DNA from: Ruditapes philippinarum
Taxonomy: Eukaryota
NCBI RefSeq assembly: GCF_026571515.1
Contig: NW_026862585.1
Location: 124,001-188,000, forward strand
Length of the DNA: 64,000 nt
Direction: 5' to 3'
The stretch's first letter is position 1; every line of letters begins with the position of its first letter. Below the pieces are notes generated by a model. The model saw only the letters and a program-made list of their open reading frames with translations, searched no databases and was not told the origin of the DNA. This document shows, piece after piece, positions 13,701 to 26,360 of the stretch. A program made the translations under genes and the position numbers.

Positions 13701-16700
13701 TAACTCTTTTCATCCTTATTTTGGAGTTATTGCCCTTTGTTAATTTTAATACTTTGAACTTTGTCCGGAACATAACTTGAAAACCCTTGGAGATAATTTG
13801 TTGAAACTTCATACAGTGGTAGAGGGCATCGAGGAGGAGTGCAGTGTCAAAGAACCATAACTCTATTTTGCCCGGTTTTTGAATTATCTCCCCCTTATAG
13901 AAAAATCTTGTCCGGGGCATAACTCTAAAACTATAAGAGATATCAACATGAAACTTTGTAGGTGAATAGATCTCAATGCGTAGATGTGCAGTGCATAAGA
14001 ACAATAACTCTTTTTGTCCTAATTTTGGAGTTATTGCCCTTTGTTTATTTTAATACTTTGAACTTGAACTTTGTCCGGAACATAACTTGAAAACCCTTGG
14101 AGATAATTTGTTGAAACTTCATACAGTGGTAGAGGGCATCGAGGGGGAGTGCAGTGTCAAAGAACCATAACTCTATTTTGCCTGGTTTTTGAATTATCTC
14201 CCCTTATAGAAAAATCTTGTCCGGGGCATAACTCTAAAACTGTATGAGATATCAACATGAAACATTGTAGGTAGATAGATCTCATTGAGTAGAGGTGCAG
14301 TGCAAAAGAACCATAACTCTGTTAAGCCTTATTTTTGAATAATCTCCCCTTTTAGAAAAATCTTGTCCAGGACATAGCTGTAAAACTATAAGAGATATCA
14401 ACATGAAACTTTGTAGGTAGATAAATTTCAATGGGTAGATGTGCAGTGCACAAGAATCATAACTCTACCTTGCCTAATTCTGGAGTTATTGCCCTTTATT
14501 TATTTTTACTTTTTGAATTGTCCAGGACATAACTCGGAAATCATAAGAGATATCATCAAGAAACTTTGTAGGTTGATAGATCACATTGATTAGAAGTGCA
14601 GTGCAAAGAACTGTAACTCTGCCTTGCCTAATTTTGGAATTATTGCACTTTGAACTTTTTCCACGGACATAACTCTGAAACTACAAGAGGTGTACTTTCC
14701 TGTGTCCAAAACCTATTCGGGGAGCATCACCCGGCTCAAACCGGGCTCTTGTTGGTTGAGTTATGGCCCTTTGATAAAAATGTGTTTTTTTCTGTGTGTT
14801 GCCAGATACGCAAAAGCTTGTCCGGACTACTCCTCATAAACTACTGGTGCACTTTTATCCAACTTTACAGGAATGATCAGTACCAAGTCTAGTTGTGCAC
14901 TGTCCGTCTGTCACAAATTTTGTCCCAACATGAAATTGGCCATCATGAGGCGACACATGTGATCACTGATTGCTCTTGTATTTAATAAAAGCTGTGATTG
15001 TTGCTGAATTTAGGTAACAAATTTGTTTTGTTTAGAATTTGGAAATGTCACTTGTTACTTTTATGGTGTTATTGAGCAGTAAATAATAAACAGCCAGATT
15101 CGACTACACAAATGTGTATCAATACTGCTGTAATGTCCAAATAATCATTACTGCTAATATTTTTAGAAGATGTAACAATATTGCTCTTGTTGTTAAGTAG
15201 AGACAACAACATTCAGTCTTCTCACTTTTGTTTGATAAATTTTTAAAACTTTAAAACTATGTTCTTTGTGTTATTATCAGCGATTTAAATTAAATGCCAT
15301 TTGGAGCTGTCATCAGTAGAAACAATATTGATGTATTGTTGATATGCTCTGCACTGAATCAATGACAGCTCTGATTTCTTCTACAATGGGTGTTTTAAAT
15401 GCTTTAATATGTATAGAATGAAGTGTTTACAAATGGTTGATACTAGAATAAAATCTATGAACTTTCTCACTAGTAGATTTCTGTAAAGTAAATAAAGTGT
15501 GCTGTAGTTAAGTATAGGAATAATGATTGTTTAATGTTACATATTGTTGTATGTCGGAATTATATATGTCCTGTTTTTGTTGTTGTGTAAACTTCCAGTA
15601 AGTTTAAAAATGATTTATGAATGTTGAAACAATATAAGTTCATCTACAGATATTGTAGAATCTGATAAAAAGATTTGCAATATTTACTTTCATCATTTCA
15701 AGTATAATATTACTTATCTTTTAATAAGTTCTTATACTTGTTATTGTTAAAGTGACATTACGCCCATTTTTACAATGTCACGCTGAGCTAAATTAGTTGT
15801 ATTTTTCAAAGTTTGATATCATAAAAGCGATTAAACAAAAATTGAACATTCTAACACTATCGTAAATTTTTCTATATAAACAAAGAAGGCCCGAAGCATG
15901 CATTATTCTACAACAATGCACTCGCCTTTATTATTATCTCCCTGTGTATTCTCACATTGAGGGCGCCATTTTGTTTGAAAAATCTGATAAATAAAAACAA
16001 TTTTTTGTCGAATTTTGTTGTTAAAACTATCTAGAATGAAAGAAAATGGTCTAAGAAAATGAATCCGAACACCAATATCTTTAATTCAGTCATAAACGCT
16101 GTACAGACGTTTAAAGTGTTGTTTACGTGACGTCACAGTGTAGCGCCAAACAGCACGTGCAAAACAATCAAATCAAGTACGCTATTTTAATGTCGCAAAC
16201 CAGTTAAGTTTGACATTTATTTCACTTTTAACCGCCTCCGTGGTCGAGGGATTAGAGTCGATTACATCTAATCCAGTTACCTCTCTGGCGTGGGTTCGAT
16301 CCCCGGGAGATGCTTTGGTAGTTTAGCGCGGAGAAAGGTAGTCTAGTACTGGTGTAACTCTCCAGGAACGATGTTTAGGAAACTACCCGCCTATATGACT
16401 GAAAGACTGTTGGGAAAAGGCGTAAAATGAAACAAACAGACAAACAAACAAACTTTTAATAATTTGTTTTTCGCTTGAAAAATTATAGTGTGAAATAAAA
16501 TAAACAAACAAAGTTTTATGAAAGTTTTCAAAATTAGTTATTCTCAAAATGTTTCTACACATGGTAGATTTAGCGACAGTTTTTTTCAACCCACTGGAAC
16601 AGCCTTTAAAGAAGGTGAAAAAAAAAATTTAACCACCAAACATAAAGTCCAACTTTATAATAACTTTATGATAAAAAATCTATTTTTTCTTGATGTGTTA

Positions 16701-19700
16701 AAATGGAAATAGATATTAATTCTTTGTGCATTATTGTATAATAATGCACGTTTTTCGTTCAAATGCTTTGTAATTAATCACATAGGCCTATCGGCCTTCG
16801 TGATTATATTACTACGCATTTGAACTCAAACTGTGCATTATTCTACAACAATGCACTCAGAATTGATATCTATTTCCTAATTACCAACATTTAGGATAAT
16901 ATACAAAAACTGCCTAAAATATTAAATTACTGCCCCACTCTTTTTATAAACTGAACATTACTGGTAATTTCCGAAGGATGTTTATAGAAAGTTTTGTGTG
17001 TCACGAGGGTTATTAATTCGAGGGTTATTGCTTATGCAGGTTATGTTTAGTATAAAATTAGAAATAAAAGTGACAAAATGTAAGGTAACTGTATATTATA
17101 TGAATACTCACCATTTACCCTTGAATGGACTTACTGTCACTTTAATGATTGTTTGTAGACTTTGTAAAGATTACAAAACCATGTGGTTACTGTGAATACA
17201 TGCACTTCTTTATTAAGATACATACATCTGAACCAGGGTAATATGATTATCGAAGTAAATCAAATTTTAGCATTTTTCATAATAAAAAACATAATGCTGC
17301 AATAAGTACAAAAAATCATTAAATTTTAGTGTGGTAGCATGGCCAAGTGGTTAACTTATTGGACTAGTAATCAATGGATTGCTGGCTGCATGGGTTCAAG
17401 CTCATCAGGGCAAGCCATTGTTTCCGTGAGTAAGAAACTTTACACTTGTTGCTCAGTACTGGTTGGTTCCAGGTATAGATTCGAGTGTTTCAATAAGCTA
17501 ATAACTTCCAATACAGTTGAACTAAAATAAATTAGTATAAACTAATAATGTTCTATTTTACAGAGGATTAGATATCCCCATGGTGGACCTCATCATAAAC
17601 CATAATATTCCTAATAAACCCAAGAATTACATACACAGAGTTGGCAGAACTGCTAGAGCAGGTATAACTATATAAATATTTTGGTTAGGGTAAAATAAAG
17701 CATTGAACGAATACAAAATAGTGTAAATCTATTTAATTTAGTTTGATTGTGAAGATGGTGTCTTTCAAGAAGACAATATGGGGTTTGCACAGGTCTTGAA
17801 AAGTTTGAATTTAGTTGACAGATTTCTGTTTGGACCCTTCAATACTACAGTGCCCTTTGGGATTATTTAAGGCATACAAATGCAGTTCAGTAACAGAGAC
17901 TTTTTAGTAATTAATTAAGATAATTTTCTAACTTCAAGGTTTTGAAAACAGCCAGTATGGGCAAGGTTTCTTAGTTATCTGTTTTAACATTTGAATTTCA
18001 GTAAATATATTAGAGATAATTTGTTATTCATATGAGATTTGTATATTTTTTTACAGGTCGTGGGGGAACTGCTGTATCCTTAGTAACACAGTTTGACATA
18101 AAACTGGTGCATGCCATAGAAGCAGAAATAAGTAAGTTTGTTGTTGAGTGTTCAGATAAAAAAAAACAAAAAAACAATACTATTAATGAAGAATTTTATC
18201 ATGGAATATGTAGAACTATTGATGTATATAGATTCATTTATATACACATTTTCTTCTTTAATTTTATTGATACGGTCTTACAGTGTTGAGTTTAAACATA
18301 TTTATTTTAATATTTTACATTATATTACATTTTATATGTATATAATTGTTACATAAATTGAAAGGGATTAGAACAAATGAAAACTTATATAGTTTCTACA
18401 GTGTTTGATACCTAACCTTGCCATTCTAATAAGCACAGTATAGTCATTAACTGAACATAATTTACTTGAACACATCCATTTAGTAAGATTGTTTATGACA
18501 TAAAGATTGGCTATATCTGTATTGTCTCGGACTCCCAAAATGTTTAAATTTGTTAAATTTGTTCAAGTGTTATTTTTATGCCTCTTAGCTGAAAGAAGTT
18601 GTATACTTTAAAAATAGTGCACATTTGTAACAGCTTTTTTAATTGGATAATTGTGACGCTTATATTACCTATATATACAGCTGCTGTCAATTTATTTTTC
18701 GTAAATAAAGACAATATGCTGAAAGGTAATATAGCCATGTATAAATGGTGGTTTGCAATATAAACCTTGCCTAACAGCTTGGGTATATAATCTATCTATC
18801 TTTTATTCTGAGCCATATAACCAATCAGGCATCTTAAGGTAGAACGCGACACTTTGCGAACTTTCGATTAGCGTCTTGAAAATTGGCATGGGAAAAGTTG
18901 ACCATATTTCTGATTAGGTTCCGTTGATTTTATGTCAATAGTTTCAGCCAATTTTTGTTCACACGGCGTCAAAGTTGACCATCAAAGCCCTTTTTTAACA
19001 TGACATTGTTACGTATCCTTGGCAACTGTTATGGGTATTTCAACGCCATTGGCGGACAAAATATCTTAAATTCTACAACATCCGACGTATATTATTTTTT
19101 CCTTTAAGCTGATATAAAATTTATCGTTTTACGCCAAATTTTTTTGAAAAATGAAAAGAAAATTGTTAATTTTGTGTAAAATTTGACGTTCAGTTTAGAC
19201 GCATTTTCAGCTTTAAATTGGCTTATTAAAAAATTCCTGAAATAAATTTTTGATTTTTTTCTTTAAACATACTTTAAAATGTATACTCAGTCTAAATGAC
19301 TAAAGAAAATAGGGGGTTACCAACTCAATTTTTTCGGTACACGTGATTTTATTTCCCCCACCCCTTTGGATAAAAGTCACGCTATCACGGGACTTTAGTT
19401 ATTTTTATGTCATTAAAACGGAACTTTACGACATTATTACCACTGCGGAAAATATATGGATACAATAAAGGGTATGGAATTCCGAATATTATAGATAGAC
19501 AGACAAAAATAAGTGAAATTTGAATACTTAGATGTATGGGACCGTATATTATTCAATAGGTATGACTAATATACCGTGATCCGTACACGCGTAAGATACG
19601 GGAACTTTGTATGATGTCCGTTTTTACTAAATACGTATTTTTTTTAATAAGAAGGTCAGATATTACCAAAATATGATTTTTTTATTCTTGTAAATATACA

Positions 19701-22700
19701 TTTTGTATATAAAACTGAGAATAAGGATGTACTTCAGAATGACCCACTTTCTACAAGAGGAAAGAAATAATAGTCTGATCTGACATTTGTCAGTATTACG
19801 TTTAAATAGTAAAACTTTGAGTAAAATGTAATATTTCCCTGTTTTATTAACATGTCAATTGCATATTGATTTAATGGTCAGTGAAGAGAACATATAAAAC
19901 ATCGACAGATCCTCGACAGTGCTCGTAGCATGTACAGACAAAAAATGACAATATTTATTGAAATATCTTTATTTTCTATAAAGATTTACAACGCAACACT
20001 CCTTTGTGCAGTATCTAGCTCAGGACCGCCTGGTTCGCTATATATGTTCTGCTAAACATCTGCAGAAGTGTATTTACAGCGTTTCATAATATTTCATGTT
20101 TAAAATACTGTTTTTAAGTTTTACTGTTCAAAATGAATTCTACCATAAATTTGGCCATACAGTGAGCAAAGACCGATTTGATAGTGATTTTTTTAATACA
20201 GCATTTATAGTGAATCCTTAAACGTTATTTTTAACATTATGATATTCTTAAATGATTAGCAAAATGAGAAAAAAATGTATTAAAGATGTTTATTTACTTG
20301 TAGAATCGAACGATCCAACACCCACTGAGCTAACGTTTCAAACATGACTGTTAAGCTTATATAATTGATTAAATTTCATTTATGAACCGTATATATTTTA
20401 ATTTGGTTATATTTTGCACAGTTATTTAGCATATACTCTGTCAAATTGTTGTAATAGTTTTTGCTTACTAATGAAATTTAAATTCTGGTTTTTAATAGGT
20501 GAAATAAAAATTATGAAATACATATCACTCTCAGTATATCACTCATAGTGTGGGTAATACAAAATGTATAGCTTTGCAGAATTTTTTGTAGACTACATAT
20601 TAATTTATGATCAAATTTCCGTAAATTTCTAAATTTAAATAAAAATATATAGTTGCTTATTGTTCCTTATGGCATATTTCTCGATTCAAGTTTATTAATT
20701 TTAATGTATTACAATATCAAAAAGTTACACCGCAATGATAACTCTCTGCTGTATTTGTTTGCGCAGCTTACGCGTTGCCATTGAACGCCTGACGTCATTT
20801 TCTGTACATTCGTCTGTTTACACTTCCATATGAAGTTATTAATCATGCTTAAAAACAAGAAGAAAATTTGTTTGTTTTTCTTACATTTTTTTTCAGCAAA
20901 ACTAAACGTCAAAAATGGAAAGGCGATAATAAATTCAATAAAATTGCACTTTGACGGAGCCCATGATAGTTAGACAATTGTTACATATCTCACTGCTGAC
21001 AGTTCCTTTTTGCTGAAGTAACATGTTATATTGAAATGTACCTGTATTTAGACTTTACTAGCCTGGGTTCCAGTCTTTGCTTCTGTTCAGAAAATCAAGT
21101 ATATATCAATCAGAAATTGTGACGTGCTGGTACAAAATAGCGCGTATGTTATGAATAAGCAAAAATATCAATGCCTAAATCCCAGGCTAAGATTTTGAAT
21201 ATAAATATGCTCTTCTCATTTTAAATTTTAAGCATTTGCAATGGAACATTGTTGTTGTTTTTTCATATGTATAAGTAAAGCTCTAGAACAATTCTCCTAA
21301 TAAGCTGAACATTATTGTCGCACTTTGAAGTCCCAAACCTATCTGCATACGTTGAATTTCGTTACAAAAATACTCAAGGTGCATACGTCGAATTCCGTTG
21401 AAAAAATACTCAAGATGTGGGGGAAATAAAATCATGTGTACCGAAAAATTTGAGTCGGTGACCCCCTAATTTTTAGCTCACCTGTCACAAAGTGACAGGG
21501 TTAGCTTTGTGATCGCTTTTCGTCCGGCGTCTGTCCGGCGTCTTCTGTCCGCACTACCGAATAGGGTTAGAGGGCCATCTAACTGTAAACAGAACAAAAG
21601 AGAACAATAGAGTTCATTCCTTAACAATAGAGTAAGGGGCCATTGGCCCAAATGTTAAACAATAGAAAATAACAATAGAAATGTCAAATGTTGCACAAAA
21701 TTGACAATTTTCTTTCCATTTTTCAAACATTTTTCGGCATAAACGATAAATTTTATATCAGCTTAGAGGAAAAAATAATTTATGTCGGATGCTGTAGAAT
21801 TTAAGATATTTTGTCTGCCAATGGCGTTGAAAAACCCGTAATAGTTGCCAAGAATACGCAACATCATGTTCAAAAACTAGCTTTGATGGTCAACTTTGTG
21901 TAATTTATTGCACAACAAACCATCTTCTTATAACCCGGATGTTCAGTTAGTTAAGATCAGGCAAGAAGTGGTACATATTTAAATAGTTTACTTACTTTCA
22001 ATGAGATTATGTGAAACAGATTTGAACATCTTGTCTAGAAGCAGGAGGGTGAAAAATGGGACAGGTTTTTATAAAGTTATTTACTTAAAATGTTTTAATG
22101 TTTTCAGATACAAAGCTTGATGAGTACCCAACCCATGAGAATGAGGTTATGAAGATATTAACAGAAGTAGCAGTAGCACGTAGGGAGGCAGAAATTGTAT
22201 GTGTATTCATATTGTTATCATATATAGATTTGTTGGCAATTATTACCCCTTAACCTGAAAGAAACGAAAAGTGACATGACTTTAAGTATTTGCCACCAGT
22301 ATGGAGCTTTGCCAGATTGCACTTTCATGCAGTAAGACCAGTGTCTATGCTCTTGGTAACTCATTGATTGTATTTTGATAATTAAATCCCTTAAAGTTTG
22401 AATTGACAGTTCCAGTTTCAAAGCAAGGCAAATTCATTACACAAATCCCGCAGTTTAAGTGTTAAGGAGGGGATTACATGGGCAGGAGGTTGATTTTGTG
22501 TCACACAGCAGTTTCTCAGGGGATTAGTATTTCTTTGATTTGTTGTGGTCATTGTTTCTACTAGGCGACAACACATATTTGTAATTAAAAATGGAGGAAT
22601 GAGGCATGTATAAATGTCACCAGAAATGACACGTGTCTTGTTTATTTGTGATACACAGATACATTTGACATAGTTTGAAATATTTGTGTCGTTTTGTGAG

Positions 22701-23763
22701 GAAGAATTTCATGACAGAGTTTAATATTTAAGTGTCAACAATTTTCAAGTCTGCAATTTGTTTCAATGACTTGATTTGATTGTTGAAATTTTTATTGTTA
22801 ACAGAGACTTGATGAAAGAGATTTTGGCCAGCAGAAAGAAATAAACAAGAGAAAAAAGTTGATTCAAGAGGGAAAGGTTGGTAATACATATAACATTAGT
22901 ATTAATTTTTCAGTTGTATACATATTATATTAATATACAGAATTTTAGTAAGATTATGTAGGAAGGTATAGGCTTATAGGCACATTCTCGAATCTGTTCT
23001 TGGAACTAACCAGTACTGAGCAATGAGTTTTGAGTTTCTTGTTCAAGGAAACAACGGCTTGCCCCTGAGAGAGTTTGGAACCAGCGCAACTAGAAACTAT
23101 TTATTACTCGGGCAGCTAGGTGAGGGTTATATATGCAAATAACCATTTACTGTATATGGGCCATATAACCTGTCAAAAATCTTGATAACAAATGTAAATG
23201 AAAATGGTATGATAAGTGAAAGTGGGTCAATTTTTTCTCAGTTCTCAATTTATTTTGTTTATTATACAATCCATTTCAGTCCATAGAGGAAGATAGTGCC
23301 AATCATTGCATTGTATTTGTTATATGTTGTACTTTTTGTCATATAAGACTTCATTAATCATATTTAATGTCACCTTAAAGTTTCAAAAATTTTGCCTTTT
23401 CACTCATCAAAAGAAAAAAAATGTATGGTTTTAAAAGTGTCCAAACTGAAAGACAGACAAGTCGGTTTTGTTTTTCATATGTATAAATTTTAAATCATAG
23501 AGTAGACACTGGTTATTGAGGAATTATGATTGATAATTGTTCTTTAGTTCAATGCTTTGTATTTTAAGGACCCAGAGGAAGAAGAGAGAAAAAGACAGAA
23601 ATTGATGAAACAAAAGTTTAGGAAACACAGAGCAAAACTGAGGGAAAAAGAAGAGAAATTGAAACAGAGAAATACAGATGATCTGCCAGAGGCATCAACA
23701 TCATCTTCCTTGTACAGAGAACAAAGACTTAGTAAAACACAAGTTAAAAACTGTAGAATCTGA
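1727..23763 (+). CDS. DDX49: DEAD-box RNA helicase DDX49 (DBP8 orthologue), 11 coding exons, 481 aa
   Basis: Exons 1727-1838, 3803-4012, 5224-5345, 5777-5955, 9111-9251, 12339-12491, 17564-17661, 18057-18131, 22108-22196, 22805-22876, 23569-23763; all GT-AG, phases match, 1446 nt total. Motifs: Q motif (FEDLGL..PSGIQ), [73 protein letters not shown] and the C-terminal EINKRKKL are typical of DDX49/DBP8. An in-frame TAG at 1718-1720 fixes the start codon. Confidence 0.93.
4713..5085. repeat. 34-bp minisatellite, about 11 copies, in DDX49 intron 2
   Basis: Unit TGTAGGATATACRGCAGGTGGAATGTGATTTACC in tandem. Confidence 0.92.
6414..8150 (+). mobile_element. HINE/pearl-like element, family A copy 1 (contains nested element B)
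   Basis: Subterminal inverted repeat GTGTCGCCTC/GAGGCGACAC, 5' (GTCT/GTCC)n, internal tandem units, 3' end CTCTTGTT; near-identical copy at 12510-14979. Confidence 0.8.
6950..7755 (+). mobile_element. Nested HINE-like element B
   Basis: Inverted repeat GCTCGACTTTT/AAAAGTCGAGC, (GGCGTC)n, internal repeats, 3' hairpin GCTGTC-TTACG-GACAGC then CTCTTGT; splits the host motif AATGATTTTT/GTCAGAGTTATGG. Confidence 0.78.
8234..8941. mobile_element. Non-autonomous TIR DNA transposon with CAG ends (hAT-like termini)
   Basis: TIR CAGCATGCCCAT/GTGGGCATGCTG flanked on both sides by GCTACT. Confidence 0.65.
9401..10981. mobile_element. Non-autonomous PIF/Harbinger-like DNA transposon
   Basis: ~36-bp imperfect TIRs (GGCCACTCTTAA..TGTTTGCTATTGCCG / CGGCAATAGCAAACA..TTAAGGATGGCC) with TAA target-site duplication at 9398-9400 and 10982-10984. 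Confidence 0.75.
11328..11555 (+). mobile_element. tRNA-derived SINE, family 1
   Basis: B-box-like GGTTTGAATCC and body GAGGAAGCTATC..GTCTTCCTCCACCAGTAAAGCTGG..CATATGACC; other copies at 24232-24458 and 62155-62390 on the minus strand. Confidence 0.7.
11543..12265. repeat. ~45-bp minisatellite, about 16 copies, at the SINE 3' tail
   Basis: Unit CTATGTTGGTGAGAAATGACAATACCCCC(A/T)ACCCCAAAACAAAA with variable C and A runs. Confidence 0.92.
12510..14979 (+). mobile_element. HINE/pearl-like element, family A copy 2 (contains nested element C)
   Basis: Same termini and internal units as 6414-8150; starts about 18 bp after the DDX49 exon 6 donor. Confidence 0.8.
13191..14752 (+). mobile_element. 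Nested HINE-like element C with an internal satellite array
   Basis: 5' hairpin ATGCTCCCCGAAA-TTTCGGGGGAGCAT, (GTCC)n, alternating ~150-160-bp units, 3' GGGGAGCAT plus hairpin CCCGG-CTCAAA-CCGGG and CTCTTGT. Confidence 0.8.
16232..16452 (+). mobile_element. tRNA-derived SINE with (AAAC)n tail
   Basis: A box GTGGTCGAGGG, B box GGTTCGATCCC, tail CCTATATGACTGAAAGACTGTTG..AAACAAACA. Confidence 0.6.
16705..16877. mobile_element. ~173-bp palindromic (fold-back) element
   Basis: GGAAATAGATATTAATTCT...AGAATTGATATCTATTTCC arms pair imperfectly along the whole length around a GGCCTATCGGCC centre. Confidence 0.7.
17328..17545 (+). mobile_element. tRNA-derived SINE, family 2 (CORE-like central domain)
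   Basis: A box TGGCCAAGTGG, B box GGTTCAAGC, central TTGTTTCC.TGAG.AAGAAACTTTAC..GCTCAGTACTGGTTGGTTCCAGG. Confidence 0.65.
18834..21898. mobile_element. Non-autonomous DNA transposon with long TIRs (Kolobok-like left end TTAA|GG); right end interrupted and truncated
   Basis: 18970-19190 is the reverse complement of 21680-21898, and 19308-19362 of 21417-21472; a HINE 5' fragment sits at about 21470-21560. Confidence 0.72.
22981..23090 (-). mobile_element. SINE family 2 fragment
   Basis: Reverse complement of the 17328-17545 central domain (AACCAGTACTGAGCAA..GTTTCTTG.TCAAGGAAACAA). Confidence 0.6.
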
Positions 23764-24231
23764 AAAAAGTCAAGTAAAGAAAGACTTGAAAGAAAAAGTA
23801 AAGCGCAAAAATGTGAAAATGAAATAGAGGAGTTCATTAAAAAAAATTATTAACATGTTTGTTTTCATTGCGAGGTCAATTTTTAGCTACTGCTTTGAAA
23901 TTGCTGTTTGACACTTTCACAACACTTATAAAGCCGAAAAAGTTGCTATATGTAAATGACAGCTCCTGTATTTTTTTGTGACACCTCTGTTTGATAGAAA
24001 GGCTGCAAAACCTGTGATCCGGTCTCAAAATGCAAGTTTAATAAGTTCTGTCCATTGACTTGTCTTAAGTGCTCACATTTTGTTGGAAACCATATTAATG
24101 GCACAAATTTATAAAGGTTCACTAATCTTTGTTTTAAGAGTCTAAATTTCACATCACTTAGATATTAAAATTTTGAAATGTGCTTAAGCAGGAAGACATG
24201 GAAATTAGTGGTTCATAAATATGCTCTTTTT

Positions 24232-24458
24232 TTCTTGTTTGGGTTTTTCAACGCACCAACACTGTAAAGGTCATATGGCGACTTTTTCATTTCTTACTGG
24301 TGGAGGAAGACCTAAATTACCCCGCTCTGCATTATTTAAGGCACAAGTAGCCCCCCCGAGTAGAACCACCAACCTTCCATAAGTTATCTGGATAGCTTCT
24401 GTGGAATTTGAACCTACACCGGTGAGGGGCAAGTGGTTTTGAAGTCAATGACCTTAAT
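24232..24458 (-). mobile_element. SINE family 1 copy
   Basis: GGTCATATGGCGACTTT..TTACTGGTGGAGGAAGACC..GATAGCTTC..TTTGAACCTAC. Confidence 0.68.
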
Positions 24459-24661
24459 CCCCTATCATAAATGCTACCTTAAACTAGGTCTGTAATATTT
24501 TCAGTTTGACCATGTTATTTCAACTTTTCACTATTCAAACATAAAGAAACTGTTGAAATTTTGTTAAGTTCTACAAAGCTTCTTTTATTGATGTTAAACG
24601 TAAATGCCAAGCATGTTAAAACTCAGATAGGCTATGGTGTCTGTCACATATTTGGGTAGTA

Positions 24662-26184
24662 ATTATACCCCCAAAAACGAAGTTTGGGGGGGTATATAGG
24701 AGTCACCCGGTGGTCGGTCGGGCGGTCGGTCGGTCGGTCCAGACGTCCGTTGCATTTTCCTTGTCCGGACCATAACTTGAAAACTAATGGTTGGAATTCA
24801 ATATAACTACATACAATGGTCAAGCACATTGAGAGGAAGTGCAGTGCACAAGAACCATAACTCTATCTTGACTAATTACAGAGTTATTGCCCTTTGTTAC
24901 TTTTCCTTGTCCGGGGCATAACTTGAAAACTACTGGTTGGAATTCAATACAACTTCATACAATTGTCAAACACAATAAGGGGAAGTGCAGTGCACAAGAA
25001 CCATAACTCTATCTAAAGTAATTACAGAGTTATTGCCCTTTGTTACTTTTCCATTGCTTTCTTTTGTCCGGACCATAACTTGAAGACTAATGGTTGGAAT
25101 TCAATATAACTACATACAATGGTCAAGCACATTGAGAGGAAGTGCAGTGCACAAGAACCATAACTCTGTCTTGACTAATTACAGAGTTATTGCCCTTTGT
25201 TACTTTTCCTTGTCCGGGGCATAACTTAAAAATTACTGGTTGGAATTCAAAACAACTTCATACAATTGTCAAACACAGTAAGGGGAAGTGCAGTGCATAA
25301 GAACCATAACTCTATCTAAAGTAATTACAGAGTTATTGCCCTTTGTTACTTTTCCATTGCTTTCTTTTGTCCGGAGTATAACTTGAAGACTAATTGTTGG
25401 AATTCATTATAACTTCATACAATGGTCAAGCACATTGAGAGGAAGTGCAGTGCACAAGAACCATAACTCCATCTTGACTAATTACAGAGTTACTGCCCTT
25501 TGTTACTTTTCCATTGCTTTTTTTGTCCGGTGCATAACTTGAAGACTAATGGTTGGAATTCAATATAACTTCATACAATGGTCAAGCACATTGAGAGGAA
25601 GTGCAGTGCACAAGAACCATAACTTCATCTTGACAAATTACAGAGTTATTGCCCTTTGTTACTTTTCCTTGTCCAGAGCATAACTTGAAAACTACTGTTT
25701 GGAATTCAATACAACTTCATACAGTTGTCAAGGACATTAAAAGGAAGTGCAGTGCATAAGAGCCATAACTCCATTTTGACAAAATACAGAGTTACTGCCC
25801 TTTGATACTTTTCCTTGTCTGGAGCATAACTTAAAACGTACTGGTTGAAATTCAAAACAACTTCATACAATGGTCAAGCACAAAAAGAGGGAGGAAGTGC
25901 AGTGCACAAGAACTATAACTCCATCTTCAGTATTTATAGAGTTATTGCCCTTTGTTCCTTTTCTTTGTATTTCTGGATTTATTACAGAGTAATTCAATAA
26001 AACTTCTTCAATGGTCAACCACATTTAAAGGAAATGCAATATACAAGAACCACAACTATCTTTAATTGCCCACAACCATAACTCTATATTTCAATTCTTT
26101 TACAAGGTATTCTGTTACTAGTAACATCCTCATTTCCGAAGCAGTCTTGTGGGGGTATTAATCACATTTAGTGATAGTTCTAGT
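24662..26184 (+). mobile_element. HINE-like element D with a ~155-bp tandem array related to element C
   Basis: TATACCCCC..GGGGGGTATA hairpin, (GGTC)n, about 8 units with GTGCAGTGCACAAGAACCATAACTC..GAGTTATTGCCCTTTG, 3' GGGGGTAT plus hairpin and CTAGTT. Confidence 0.8.
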
Positions 26185-26360
26185 TTTGTATTGCAATGAA
26201 TGAGCAATAATTGATTAACTGAAAAATAATTTTAAGACAAAGGAAGAATATAAACAGAATTGGTTTTGATAAGCTTGTTTTTTCCTGGAAAAAACCAAGC
26301 TATTGATACAGTCATGGTATCTTTTCCTGTGCATCAGCTATCAAGAAACATTGGTCATAT

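Noticed and set aside
13669-14004. 111-aa ORF and similar ORFs at 7581, 7875, 12502, 14650, 24644 and 26260
   Set aside because: All lie within non-autonomous repeat arrays and show no Rep/helicase or transposase motifs.
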